This document shows, in pieces, positions 34,726 through 48,826 of a DNA stretch of 64,000 bases. The DNA is from Paraspadella gotoi (taxonomy: Eukaryota; Animalia; Chaetognatha): positions 7,137,205-7,201,204 of the forward strand of contig CM119267.1 of NCBI GenBank assembly GCA_051294375.1, in the 5' to 3' direction. Position numbers and translations under genes: made by a program. Within the stretch, counting starts at the first letter, position 1; each line of letters opens with the position of its first letter. The notes beneath the pieces are model-generated. The model saw only the letters and a list, made by a program, of their open reading frames with translations, ran no database searches and was not told the DNA's origin.

Positions 34726-37506
34726 GTAATTCGATTCCATGAAAAAGAGAACCTATTTTGTTGATGTCCAGGATCTGAGTGAAACCTGTTCTCTGAATGA
34801 CTTTCGTTTTTTATTCGTATTTCCTCATTAGTATCAAACATCAAAAATAGGGACTCAACTGTTATCTGTTACACATTCAACTAGTCTACTGAACTAGCTT
34901 AATCAATATTTTTTTTTATTTAATTTTCTTAATAGAATAGGATAAAGTTGGATAGCATTGAATAGGATTAGATAGAATTTTAGTAGGTTCTTATATGAAA
35001 TTTTTTTTTTCTATAGCCCTTTCGCTATTTTTGTCTTTTAGCTTTTTGCATTGCGCGTTTTACAAATGGTTATTCAAAAAAATGGTAGGATTAAACCTTC
35101 TTTCTCTGAGGAAGTGGTAATACAAGTTTGCTCTCCGCAGAGAGAAGGGTCAATTCCTGAGCAGAAAACAAAACCGAGTTTCTCGAAAAAGACGACGACG
35201 ACGGCGACGACGACGGCGATGACGTAAACAAAGATAAAACAGAGGTAAATACCGAAGGCGTCAGAGTCCGCTGAACGTCAAAATATCAGAAAGCGGCCAA
35301 GCTCAGGGGATGGCGCTGACCAAGGGGGCGTGACCAAGCGATGCGGCGTCTGACGCCGAGAGAGTGACGCGGCAATGCGTGACTCAAAGTCTGACGACAA
35401 ATGTGACGCAAAGACTGACGCCAAAAATGTGTTGGCGTTTTATGTCGACGCGGTTGCTTTGTTTATTGGTTCCGTTTTTATCCGTTGAGTCTAAGGACAT
35501 TGACCTTTTTTCATTTTAAGCCATAAAAGTTAATTAAGTATGAGAATCTGTTTTTAGTTAAACAGATTCTCATACTTAATTAACTTTTATGGCCGTTGGC
35601 TTTAGTTTGTTTCGCTAATACTATAATAATCTAAGGACATAGGCTTCTTTCATTGTCTAAAAACAGATACTCATACTTAATTAGGCTATTGTTGTAGTTG
35701 GCTTTAGTTTGTTTCGCTAATACTTCACTACTGCAGTTATTTAAATTTAAAAAAAAACTTATTACCATGTAAAAAAATATCTCGACATTCGTTCGAAAGT
35801 TTTCAACTGGAACTAATTAAATTCTTTTTTTTTTCATAATAAAAAAAAAAGTGTAAAACAAAATTTCGATGCGTCTCGAAAGGAAAGAAGTCATTTATCA
35901 AAACGCATCCTTCTTTCCAATAAACTCAAAATTGTCGCTCATTAATCAACGCGGATTCTTTCGAAGAATTTTTAAAAAGTGAAAACCCTTTTTTTTTTCC
36001 TTTTTTTTTAAGTAAATTTCAAATCAGGATGTTTTTGTTTTAATCATTTTTTTTTTTGGGGGGGGGTTTCTTTAATTACCGTTTTTAGGTACTTACACCA
36101 CAACATTCAGACAGTTTTTAGTCGTTAATAATGAAGAAATTTTGATCATTATTCAATTCGTCGCCTTTGTAGTCTGTAATTTTTTTTTCCCGTGTAGCGA
36201 TGCGGCTGAGCCTCGACTTGATTTGAAAAGAATTCGTCAAACTCCCAAAGCTGGGCAGTGCCTTCGTCGACGGCGTCGTCGTCGTCGTCTTCTTCATCAT
36301 CGTCGTCGCTGACATCATTGTGTTCCTCGTAGCCTAAGACTTTTCTTCTTTTCGATCCTGCCCATTGCCCATCGATAACTTGTGTCGATATTCAGATCAA
36401 ATCGACAACGTTTCGGTCTTTGATCATTCACGTGAGCCAGCTTTTTTTTTTTCATTTCGTCTCTCGTCCTGTCACTTCATCAACTTTATCGCCGTTGATC
36501 GTCGTCGTCGTTGTTGTCGTCGTTGCTGACACTCAATTTTTCCATGATTCGTCTATCAGTCGTCGTTACCGTCCGTAGAATCGTTTCCCTTCTCGCTTCC
36601 TTCCCTTCTCGATTATCCTTCTTTCCTATTCTTCCCCAGTCCCCAGTCCCCATTTATCCCCAGTGCCCTCTATCCTTCCCCACCCCCACTTTCCCTAGCC
36701 TCCCCTCGATCTCACTCCAGCCTCGTTTCTTTATCCAATCTTCCTCAAGATCTACTTCCTTGTTGTCGATTCTTCGGAGCAAAGTTCGGATATATCGGAT
36801 CTGGGGAGGAGGAGGAGGAGGAGGGGGAGGAAGAGGAAGAGGAGAAAGAGGGTAGGGACCTCAGATAAGTAAGGAAAGCCTGGGAAAAGTGAGGCGTTGA
36901 GTGAGGGAGAGAGGGGGTGTAGAGAGAAAGGGGAGGGTGGACAAAGATCGGGTGGTTCTCGCTGGAATTCAAGATGGCAGAAAGTACTAATTGGTTACTC
37001 TGTGTTTGAATGCGTCCTTCCTTGAAAACGAATCAAGCTCAAACCATTTTTTTTCTCTTCTTTCCTTTATCACAATTTTTTTTTTAAAACAATTTCCCTC
37101 ATTATTGTTAATTTACATTATTATGAAGAGTAGTGGCGTGATTAAATTACGCCTGTGGAAAATAACGCTTTTAACCGGGAGATCGTTCACCTTTGATTCA
37201 ATTTCCGGTTTTTTTTTTTTTGTTTTGTTTTTTTTTTTGTTGTTGTTATTTTCGGGCCAAAAAGTTTTAAAAAAAGCGGATTAAGTTGTGTTTCGAACGT
37301 AATTAGAGGAAAGTAAACGACCTGAGAAGATGAAAAGACATTAAAAAAGAAAGCCAAATGAAGTATAAAATAGACGCTAACGACGACGACGACCGACGAC
37401 GCTTAGAAAAAAAGTTGAACCCGAACTGGTTTTCACGTCATCATCGCTTAACTGATTTTACCATGTTGGACCGCACGGCTAAGACGTCATTGCTCTCTCT
37501 CTCCTC

Positions 37507-37549
<43 letters not shown>

Positions 37550-37559
37550 TCTCTCTCTG

Positions 37560-37635
<76 letters not shown>

Positions 37636-38248
37636 TTTTTTTTTTTTTTTTTTACTCCGCACTTCATTTTGTTTTCTTATTTTGAGGCGAAACATAAATT
37701 TGCCGGAGCATCTGTTCTCTGTTCCCTCGAGGAGATATGGGGAAGGGATGCTGAGGGTTGCGATGGGGTGAAGGGGAAGAAAGAAGAACCGGAATGGGGG
37801 GAAGAAAGAAGACCGGTGGGAAAGGGGAGAAAGAAGATGTGAGAGAACGTTGACCAAGGGGGTGTCACTGGGTCAGAGAGAAGGTGGGTGGTTTAATTAA
37901 TATTAAAAGGTGTAGTAACTAAGAATGAACAAGAATGGGTCGAGCGAGTGGTGGAATGAAAATATGACATTAATTAATTAATAAATGGTTAAGTAAATTC
38001 TTTCCAACTTTTTCCCTCTTTTCGAGACGGAAAGAGAATTCATCAGGGTCGAGGTCAAAGCCGCCGCTCCGGGTCGTTGGCCCCGATATGTCTCTCCGGT
38101 GTTTCCGACCCTCGGGTCACTTTTGAGCACCGGTGCATGAGTACTGGATCAGGCTGTCATGTCCCGTAATCTAGGTTAAGCCGCTCCAACTATTNNNNNN
38201 NNNNNNNNNNNNNNNNNNNTTTTTCCGTCTCCGAAGGCGACTGCTCTT

Positions 38249-38287
<39 letters not shown>

Positions 38288-38942
38288 ATCTCTCTCTCTC
38301 TCCCTCTCCTCTCTCTCTCTCTCCTCTCTCTCTCTCCATTTCGCGTCTCAGACTCATCAAACTTTTTTTTTCAAAATAGTTGGAGCGGCTAACCTAGATT
38401 AGCGGGAAATGACAGCCTGATCCCCAGTACTCATGCAGCGCGGTGCTCAAAAGTGACCGAGGTCGGAAACACCGGAGAGACATATCGGGGGCCCCCAACG
38501 ACCCGGAGCGGCGGCTTTGACCTCGACCCTGATAAATTCTCTTTCGTCTCGAAAAGAGGGGAAAAAGTTGGAAAGAATTTACTTAAACCATTTAGTAATT
38601 ATTATGTCATATTTTAATTCCACACTCGCTCGACCATTCTTGTGTTCATTCTTAGTTACTACAACCTTTTAATATTAAGTTAAACCTACCCACCTTCTAA
38701 TCTGACCCAGTGACACCCCCTTGGTCAACGTTCTCTCACATCTTCTTTCTCCCCTTTCCCACCGGTCTTCTTTCTTCCCCCCATTCCGGTTCTTCTTTCT
38801 TCCCCTTCACCCCATCGCAACCCTCAGCATCCCTTCCCCATATCTCCTCGAGGGAACAGAGAACAGATGCTCCGGCAAATTTATGTTTCGCCTCAAAATA
38901 AGAAAACAAAATGAAGTGCGGAGTAAAAAAAAAAAAAAAAAA

Positions 38943-38976
<34 letters not shown>

Positions 38977-39000
38977 AGAAGAGAAAGAGAGGAGAGAGAG

Positions 39001-39063
<63 letters not shown>

Positions 39064-42000
39064 AGAGACGAGAGAGAGAGAGCAATGACGTCTTAGCCGG
39101 CGTCTGTAAAATCAGTTAAGCGATGACATGACGTGAAAACCATTCGGGTTCCAACTTTTTTTCTAAGCGTCGTCGGTCGTCGTCGTCGTTAGCGTCTATT
39201 TTTACTTCATTGGCTTTCTTTTTTAATTCTTTTCACTTCTCAGGTCGTTTACTTTCCTCTAATACGTTCGGAACAAACTTATCGCTTTTTTTAAAACTTT
39301 TTGGCCCGAAAATAACAACAACAAAAAAAAAAACAAAACAAAAAAAAAAAAACCGGAAATTTGAATCAAAGGTGAACGACTCTCCCGGTTAAAAGCGTTA
39401 TTTTCACAGGCGTAATTTAATCACGCCACTACTCTTCATAATAATGAAATTAACAATTACTGAGGGACCGATTGGTTTTAAAAAAAAATTGTGATAAAGG
39501 AAAGAAGAGAAAAACAATGGTTGAGCTTGATTCGTTTTTCAAGGAAGGACGCATTCAAACACAAAAGTAACCAATTAGTACTTCTGCCATCTTGAATTCC
39601 CAGCGGGGAATTAAAAGAAACACCCCCCCGAAAAAATTTCCTTTGTCCACCCTCCTCGCGCTTTCTCTCTACACCCCTCTCTCCCTCACTCAAACGCCTC
39701 ACTTTTCCCAGGCTTTCCTTACTATCTGAGGTCCCTACCCTCTTTTCTTCCTCTTACTCTTTTCCTGCCCGCCTCCTCCTCTCCTCCTCCCCAGATCCGA
39801 TATATCCCCCCCGACTTTTGCTCCGAAGAAACATCGACAACAAAGGAAGTAGATCTTGAGGAAGATTGGCTAAAGAAATACGAGGTGGAGTGAGATCGAG
39901 GGGAGGCTAGGGAAAAGTGGGTGGGGAAGGATAGAGGGCACTGGGGATAACATGGGTGACTGGGGACTGGGAAGAAATAGGTAAAGAAGGATAAATCGAG
40001 AAAGGGAAGGACAGCGAGAAGGGAAACGATTCTACGGACGGTAACGACGACTGATAGACGAATCATGGAAAAATTGAAGTGTCAGCCAACGACGACAACA
40101 ACGACGACGACGATCCACGGCGATAAAGTTGATGAAGTGACAGGACGAGAGACCGAAATGTAAAAAAAAAAAAGCTGGCTCACGTGAATGATCAAAGACC
40201 GAAACGTTGGTTCAGATTTTGATCTGAAATAATCGACAAAGTTATCGATGGGGAATGGGCAGGATCGAAAAGAAGAAAAGTTTAGGTACGAGGAAACACA
40301 ATGATGTCAGCGACGAAACCGATGATGAAGAAGACGCACCGCGACGAACGGCCGTCGTACGAAGGCCACTGCCAGCTTTGGGAAGTTTGACGAATTTCTT
40401 TCAATCAGTCGAGGCTCAGCGCATCCGGTACACGGGAAAAATTACAATGATACAAAGTGCGACGAAAATTGAATAAAATGATCAAATTTCTTCATTATTA
40501 ACGAACTACTGCTGAATGTTTGTGGTGTAAGTACTAAAACGGTAATTAAAGAAACCCCCCCCAAAAAAAATGATTAAACAAAAAAATCCTGATTGAAATT
40601 TACTTAAAAAAAAGGAAAAAAAAAGGGTTTTCACTTTTTTAAAAAATTCTCGAAAGAATCCGCGTTGATTAATGGAGCGACAATTTTGAGTTTATTGGGA
40701 AAGAAGGATGCGTTTTGATAAATGACTTCTTCCTTTCGAGACGCATCGAAATTTTTGTTTTAGCACTTTTTTTTTTATTTGAAAAAAAAGAATTAATAGT
40801 TCCAGTTGAAACTTTCGAACGAATGTCGAGAATATTTTTTTACATGGTAATAAGTTTTTTTTATTTAAATACTGCAGTAGTGAAGTATTAGCGAAACAAA
40901 ACTAAAGCCAACTACACAATAGCCAATTAAGTATGAGTAAATCTGTTTTAGACAATGAAAGAAGCCTAATGTCCTTAGATATTATATATTAGCGAAACTA
41001 AACTAAAGCCAACGGCCAATAAAATTTAATTAAGTATGAAAATCTGTTTAAACTAAAAACAGATTCTCAGTACTTAATTAACTTTTTATGGCCTTAAAAT
41101 GAAAAAAGGTGCATGTCCTAGACTCAACGGATAAAAACGGAACCAATAAACAAAGCAACCGCGTCGACATAAAACGCAACAATTTTTTGGCGTCAGTCTT
41201 TGCGTCAACATTAGTTCGTCAGACTTTTTGAGTCACGCATTGCCTCGCGTCAACTCTCTCGGCGTCAGACGCGCATCGCTTGGTCACGCACCCTTGGTCA
41301 GGCGCCATCTCCCTGACTGGCCGCTTGTCTTGATATTTTGACGTTCACGGACTCTGACGCCTTCGGTATTTACCTCTGTTTTATCTTTGTTTTACGTCAT
41401 CGGCGTCGTCGTCGCCGTGGCGCGTCGTCTTTTTCGGAACTCGGTTTTGTTTTCTGCTCAGGAATTGACCCTTCTCTCTGCGGAGAGCAAACTTGTATTA
41501 CCAAACTTTCCTCAGAGATAAGAAGGGTTTAATCCTACCATTTTTTTGAATAACCTTTGTAAAACGCGCAATGCAAAAAGCTAAGACAAAAATAGCGAAA
41601 GGGCTATAGAAAAAAAAAATTTCATATAAGAACCTACTAAAATTCTATCTAATCCTACTTTCAATTGCTTATCCAACTTTTCCTATTCTCTATTAAGAAA
41701 ATTAAATAAAAAAATTTTATTGATAGCTAGTCAGTAGACTAGTTGAATGTGTAACAGATAACAGTTGAGTCCCTATTTTTGATGGTTTGAATACTAATGA
41801 GGAAATACGAATAAAAAACGAAAGTCATTCAGTAGAACAGGTTTCACTCAGATCCTGGAACTCAACAAAATAGGTTTGCTCTTTTCATGGAATCGAAATT
41901 TACATTTGAGAAGAGAGAGAGAGAGCAGAGAGAGAAGAGAGAAGAAAGGGCGCCGGTTAAATTAAGTTGTCAGGTAAAACACTTCATAACATTGTATTTT

Positions 42001-42448
42001 TATTCAATCATTTTTTATGTCAACACGAAACATAATTTTTTTTTCTGTAAAAACAAAACAAAGATTTTTGAAGGTGAACGCGATTCGCGAAATCGCGTGA
42101 CTTTTTCTCTCTTTTTCTTCCGTCGAATTCTCTCCATATTTTCTGAACTTTTATTTTCGTTTATATTTTTGTTGGAAAAATTTCAGCACAATTTTCCAAC
42201 TTTTTCAAACTTAAGGAATCAAACACCGTTTTTTTAAAAATAATTAAGATACGAAAGCGTACTAGCAAAAAACTATAAAAGTAAAAAACAAGGAAGAACA
42301 ATCAAACGAACGGATTTCCATAGATACAATACACACATAGTAAGAATGCGGCCGACCTAAAAAAAAATTAGTCTCTCGATTGCGAAATAGACAAAAGATT
42401 TTCCTAACTAAGTTATTTCCGCAATATTTGCCCTAAGATCACACTCTC
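34189..42448. repeat. ~4-kb inverted duplication (34189-38194 vs ~38375-42448) around a 25-N gap; likely assembly artefact
   Basis: End-to-end reverse-complement match; the second arm carries scattered 1-bp indels. Confidence 0.85.
35520..35593. repeat. Perfect 34-bp inverted repeat with a 6-nt loop
   Basis: gccataaaagttaattaagtatgagaatctgttt-ttagtt-aaacagattctcatacttaattaacttttatggc. Confidence 0.9.
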
Positions 42449-42894
42449 CCGTGGTGTAAAAAAGAAAGTTTGAAGCGATGAAGACTCTTGAAGACTCTTG
42501 AAGACTCTTGAAGAGGGAGTTGGAAGCGGAAATCTTGAGTTAAAAGCGGAAAGATATCGTAAGATTTGGAAGCGGAAATTGAAATGATAGGACGAGAAAG
42601 AGAGTAAAAGTTGGTAGCTTTTGGATTATAATCTGAAGTAGTAAAAGGAGAAGATCTTCTGGATGAAGAATAAAAACTTTGATTAACTGGGATTGAATCA
42701 TATTGTGAAAATTTAGGAAGACAAACCAATGCAATAGTATATTATATATATATATATATATATTAAATAAACAAATTTTTTTGACCCTGACTGGACTGAC
42801 AAAGAATCCGCTGTTCACATGATCGCAAAGGTTTACATAGATATGAGAAAGCGACAGTACAATTATAAAATATGCGGTATTTTTTTGTAATTAA

Positions 42895-43120
42895 TCATGG
42901 TATTATGGCAACGGGAGGATAGCCTGTGATACCCGGGGCGCGGAGTATCTCACCAACTGGCGTAGGGGCTGCGGACCCTCAGTGACCGCCTCCTGTCACT
43001 GGCATGTTTATACCGGCACCGTCACATTTAAGCCAGAACCGGGATACCCAGGGATTGAACCCGGGACGCACGGATGGAATGAGATGATTTAGCCTGCTCA
43101 GCCATTGAGACGAGGCTGAG
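42895..43120 (-). mobile_element. tRNA-derived SINE-like element
   Basis: Minus strand has A-box-like TGGCTGAGCAGG and B-box GGGTTCAATCCC, then a GC-rich body within AT-rich flanks. Confidence 0.5.
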
Positions 43121-43857
43121 GATGGACAGCAGTGAGGCAGCTTTAAGTCTTGCTGCCACAGTATAATCCTTTTTTTCGTTGTTTTTGAGAGAATAACAAA
43201 GTTGTACAAATTAAATCAAAACTTTGTAATTAATCATAAAATTAAATTACGTTTTCGTTTGGCATCAGGAAGAATTGTTTTATTTTGGAACGATAATTTT
43301 TATTTCTGCGCACACGCTTCGGTTATGATCGTACTCAATAAACATGTATGTACTAATGTAATAAAATTAAACAATTCTTTATAGTAGATATAAAATTAGA
43401 ACTATTTAATTCGGAACATCGTGTCTTTAGCAGTAAAACAGAGTTCGGATTTATCAATTAACTTTCCTGTTTCTCCCCCCTCCTTTTCTCTTGGATGTTT
43501 CGCCAATTTGTTTCGCCGTTTCGCTCATTTCTCTCTCTGTTTTTTCCTCTTGTTTTTTATTTGTTTCGTCGTTTCGCTCATTTCTCTTTCTGTTTTTTAT
43601 TTGTTTGTCGTCGTTCGAACTTTCACTTTCGTTTCTTTAATTTCCTCCTTTCATTCCCTGCCATTCAGAAAAGGAGAAGGAGGCATGAAGCCGGGAGAGT
43701 GAGAAGAGAGAGAGAGAGAGAGAGACGAGGTGAGTTGCTTTTTTTTTATTTTTTTTTAAATTTTTCGTCTAAACTCTATTTGGGTCATTCTGTGGGAAAG
43801 AGAGGACAGACAGGAAAAAAGTGTAAGGGAAAGAAGAGAGAGGAGGAGAGAGAGAAG

Positions 43858-43915
<58 letters not shown>

Positions 43916-44715
43916 GGAGAGAGAGAGAGAGAGAGAGAGAGTGTGTGTATCTGTGTATGTATCTGAATCATCTAAATAAATAAGTCAATAATACAAAAAA
44001 TAAAACCTTTTTAACACTATCTTAAATTTAGGAATCTTCATAAGTTTAATAATATATAAAAAATAAAACAATCTTTACGATTATTTTTCATCAAGGATTT
44101 CTCGGGCTCATGTCTTCGGCTACAATTCTTCCACGGGCGTCCGCTAGCTTTTATGAGAATAAATACGTAAAGCGACTGCGGAGCGCGAGGCGGTGGCGGC
44201 GGTGGGGGCGGTTGGCGGTGTGCGCGGGTGGTCGGTGTGGCGGCCGGTGGCGGCGGCGTGGTGGCGGCGGGTGGCGGCGGCGGTGGTGGCGTGTGTGGGT
44301 AGCCGGTATTGCAGCTGTTGTTTGTGATGGCAAAGGAACGAAGAAAAAAGGAATAGGTATAGTAGAATAGAAATAACGGAGAGTGGGAAGGCGGGATCGA
44401 TGTGGTATGGCTCTGGTGGTTTCAGTGGTTCTGGCCCGAAGTTTTTTAGCGTATCTCTTACGACGTCTTGCCCGGAGGGAAAATTCGCAAAATCAAATTT
44501 ATTGCCACCTGAACGGGGAAAGAGCGAGAAAAAAAAGAGATGAAAGAGAGAGGGAGAGAGAACGAGGAGAGAGACGAGAAAGAAGAGGGAGAGAGAGGAA
44601 GAGAGAGAGGGGAGAGAGAAGAGAGAAGGGAGGGGAGGACGGGAGAGAGAGGAGAGACGAGAAAGAGAGGAGAGAGGAAGAAGAAGAAGAGAGAGAGAGA
44701 GAGAGAGGAGAGAAC

Positions 44716-44757
<42 letters not shown>

Positions 44758-45534
44758 CGAGAGGAGAGACAGAGAAAGAGGAGAATGGATGAGAGAGAGC
44801 AGAGAAGAGAGAGACAAGCAAGAGAGAGGAGAAGGAGAGACAGAGAGGAGAGAGAGAGAGAGAGAGCAAGGGGAGAGAGGAGAGAGAGGGAGAGAGAACA
44901 GTGAGATGTCTTCAGGCTTCATACAGTTTCGAAATTTAAAATTAAGAAATTAATCTGATTACTAGTGTATGTATTTAAACGCCAATTATAAGATTAAATA
45001 TGCATACGATAATATAGAGTTTTTAGCGTTTTTGTCCAATTTAATAAAATAATTTTTAAAATAATTTTTTCAAGAATCCAACTCTGGCCTTAGAATTTTT
45101 AAAAAGGTTATTTTCAGCTTTTGGCTTATTATATGAATATTACTCTTCACAGTTTAATTATATAGTCTGTCTGATTTCCTGTCTTATATAATCACACAAA
45201 TTATTATCTCCGTCTCGTCCTTTTTAAAAACTTCTCAATTCTCATCTTTCAACTATCCTCGATTCTTCTCATCAACTAATTTTTTTTTTAGACCGATTCA
45301 AATTCGATTCCTTCTTTCTCATGTTCTTTTGTTTTAGAATTCGCTGACTCACGTCGATCCTCGCCGCTTGTGGCGCCGTCTACGACGAACTCGGCCATTT
45401 TCGCTCCTACGTCTTCGTCGGGGGTAAAGGGAGCATGACTTGGAATCACCCACTAGTTGGGCCATAGCCAGGCCGAGTTTCCTACAATCGGGCAGTATTT
45501 TTCGCCTTCGAGACTCGGCATCCCGAAACGTTGG

Positions 45535-48500
45535 CTCGTGTGGGAGTCCGTTTTTTTTATCGCTTCCCTTTTATCGCCCTTCGTGGGTGTCCGTCGGTCC
45601 GTCGGTCCGACGGTCTTGACTGTCCGAATGTCCGTTTTTATGTCCTTTCTTTTTGCGAGGCGAAGGAGCCGGGCCGTGCGATGTGGATGTGCCAAGAATG
45701 AAGACGGCCGACGACGGGGGCCACGACGAAGACGACGATGAACATGATGACGAAAACTACGACAATAGCGTCCATGACGACGATGAAGATGACAGAGATC
45801 ACAATTAAGAACGAAGAAGACGAAGATGATGAAAATATAAGTGACAACCGAGACGATGATACAGACGATAACGAAGACGAAGATGAAGATGATAACATAG
45901 ACGACGAGGACAAGCATGAAGAAGACAATGAAGAGTTGAAGACCATGCCGTCAATGAAGACGACGACACTAATGACAAAGACGACGTTGACAACAAGAAC
46001 AGATCTGATGAAAGAGACGACAACGAAGACGACGATGATGACAACGACGAAGACAACGACGAAGACGACAAACGGAAGCGACCATTGACGACTGAACGGC
46101 TGACTGACTGACAAGACTATTGACTAATCGAATTTACAGGAAAATTCTTATTTCTTCTTTTTTTCTCTCTCTCTCCTCTTTTAAATTCTCCATTTTCCGA
46201 TTAAAGGAAAAAAAATAAGATAAAAGTCAGAACTCATCAGTTGAAAAACTTTTTTTCCTCGATGCGGAAGAATGCACTGATTTGAATAATTGTTGGACAA
46301 GCTATGCAAGCTATATTCAAACTTGTTATAATTATAGTCAAATATCGGAATTATATAATCTGTAAAATATAAACCAATGTACAATGGCACCAGGACTTCG
46401 CAATTTATAAAAGATAAATTTAAATGACGGCAACAAATTCGTATTTGTTATTCGTATCAAGGTTTTGAAACGTTAAAATTATTTTTCATTAGTATAATTA
46501 ATGGATTATAATCCTTGCGCCTCGCGTTCGATTGATCGCAATTTCTCCGCCTCCGCTCTTTTTTTTCAATCCTCGCGTTTGTGGGCGTCGGCGTCGATTA
46601 GCCGCCGCCATTTTCCGCGGAAATCAGCGCCGCCGGGGCTTTATTTCCTTTTCCGCCTTCTCGCTTCCTTTGGCACTGCAGAAACGCGGAGGCGCGCGCC
46701 AATGCCGAAAAAAACTTCTTTTTCCCCGCTCAATATTTTCAAGTTGGGCGGGAAGAGAAAGCGAGTGCTGTGGCTATTAAGAGGTATGGAGAGATGAGAG
46801 AGAGAGAGAGAGAGATAGAGAGAGAGAGGAGAGAGAGAGAGAAATATTTAATCGTCAAGGGAGAATTTGTAAATATAATTATTAATAAAGTTTAAGTAAA
46901 AAATGGCGAAATGAATGTCATAAGCATAAAAACAAAACTACGATGGACGGGACGTTTGGATGTTTTTACTTTCTTTCAGATCTTTGGCCTCGAACCAAAA
47001 AGGGCTCTGGTAATGCGTTTTTCGGTCGCGTTTCAACGGGTGGGTGGGAATTTTTTTTTCTTCTTCTTCTCTTTCTTCTTGTTGCGCCTAACTTACCCTT
47101 TACTTTCCTCGATTCCTTTTCCATTTATTCGAGATTCTTTATGGCGCATTTTCTTTCTAACCCTCTGTCCCTCCTCACTTAATTTACTCTCCCTTCACTT
47201 ACCCTTTTTCTGAAACTTACCCTAACATTCTCCCCACCCAACACAATTCATTTTCTCCCTTATTTTTTCTGTAGATTTTCTCAAGATTTCTCGTGTGGGA
47301 GTCCGTTTTTTTTATCGCTTCCCTTTTATCGCCCTTCGTGGGTGTCCGTCGGTCCGTCGTCGACGGTCTTGACTGTTCGAATGTCCGTTTTTATGTCCTT
47401 TCTTTTTGCGAGGCGAAGGAGCCGGGCCGTGCGATGTGGATGTGCCAAAGAATGAAGACGGCCGACGACGGGGCCACGACGAAGACGACGATGAACATGG
47501 ATGACGAAAAACTACGACAATAGCGTCCATGACGACGATGAAGATGACAGAGATCACAATTAAGAACGAAGAAGACGAAAGATGATGAAAATATAAGTGA
47601 CAACCGAGACGATGATACAGACGATAACGAAGACGAAGATGAATATGATAACATAGACGACGAGGACAAGCATGAAGAAGGACAATGAAGAGTTGAAGAC
47701 CATGCCGTCAATGAAGACGACGACACTAATGACAAAGACGACGTTGAACAACAAGAACAGATCATATGAAAGAGACGACACGAAGACGACGATGATTGAC
47801 AACGACGAAGACAATAACGAAGACGACAAACGGAAGCGACCTATGACGGACTGAACGGACTGACTGACTGACAGACTAACTTGACTAATCGAATTTACAG
47901 GAAAATTTCTTATTCTTCTTTTTTTTCTCTCTCTCTCTCTTTTAAATTCTCCATTTTCCGATTAAAGGAAAAAAAATAAGATAAAAGTCAGAACTCATCA
48001 GTTGAAAAAACTTTTTTGCCTCCGATGCGGAAGAATCGGACTGATTTGAATAATTGTGGGACAAGCTATGCAAGCTATATTCAAACTGTATAATTATATT
48101 CAAATATCGGAATTATAATTGTAAAATATAAACCAATGTTACAATGGCACCAGGACTTCGCAATTTATAAAAGATAAATTTAAATGACGGCCAACAAATT
48201 CGTATTTGTATTCGTATCAAGGTTTTGAAACGTTAAAATTTATTTTTCGATTAGAATAATTAACGGATTATAATCCTTGCCGCTCGGTTCCGATGATCGG
48301 CAATTTCTCCGCCTCCGCTCTCTTTTTTTATCCTCGCGTTTGGTGGGCGTGGCGTCGATTAGCGCCGCCATTTCATGGGAAATCAGCGCCGGGGGCTTAT
48401 TTCCTTTTCCGCCTTTCTCGCCCTTCCTGGCACCGCAGAAACCGCGGCAAGGCGCGGCCAATGCCGAAAAAACTTTCTTTTTCCCGCTCAATATTTTTTA

Positions 48501-48826
48501 AGTCTGGGCGGGAAGAGAAGCGAGTGCTGTGGCTATTAAAGAGCGTATGGGAGAGGACTGAGAGAGAGAGAGAGAGTCCAAGATTAGGAGAGAGAGAGAG
48601 AGAAGAGAGAAATATTTAATCGTCAAGGAGAATTTGTAAAATATAATTATTAATAATAGTTAATGTAAAAAATGGCGAAATGAATGTTCATAAGCATAAA
48701 AACAAAACTCGACGGGGGGAAACGTTTGGGTATGGTTTTTACGTTCTTTCAGATCTTTGCCCTCGCAACCAAACAAGGGTCTGGTTAATGCGTTTTCCGG
48801 TTCCTGCGTTTCAAACGGGTGGGTGT
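45535..48826. repeat. ~1.5-kb direct duplication (45535-47046 vs 47290-48826)
   Basis: Colinear match; the second copy is indel-rich and ends just before the 25-N gap at 48836. Confidence 0.85.

Noticed and set aside
38018-38050. Hammerhead ribozyme core on the minus strand (CTGATGA...GAAA)
   Set aside because: No stem II pairing between the core motifs and no convincing stems I or III.
34189-42448. Giant biological palindrome or foldback transposon
   Set aside because: The arms abut N gaps and differ mostly by scattered single-base indels, typical of uncorrected long reads.
45738-46088. Acidic D/E-rich or Thr/Met-rich ORF
   Set aside because: Cryptic GAC/GAT/GAA simple sequence. The acidic reading switches frames and hits stops, and similar tracts occur throughout the window.
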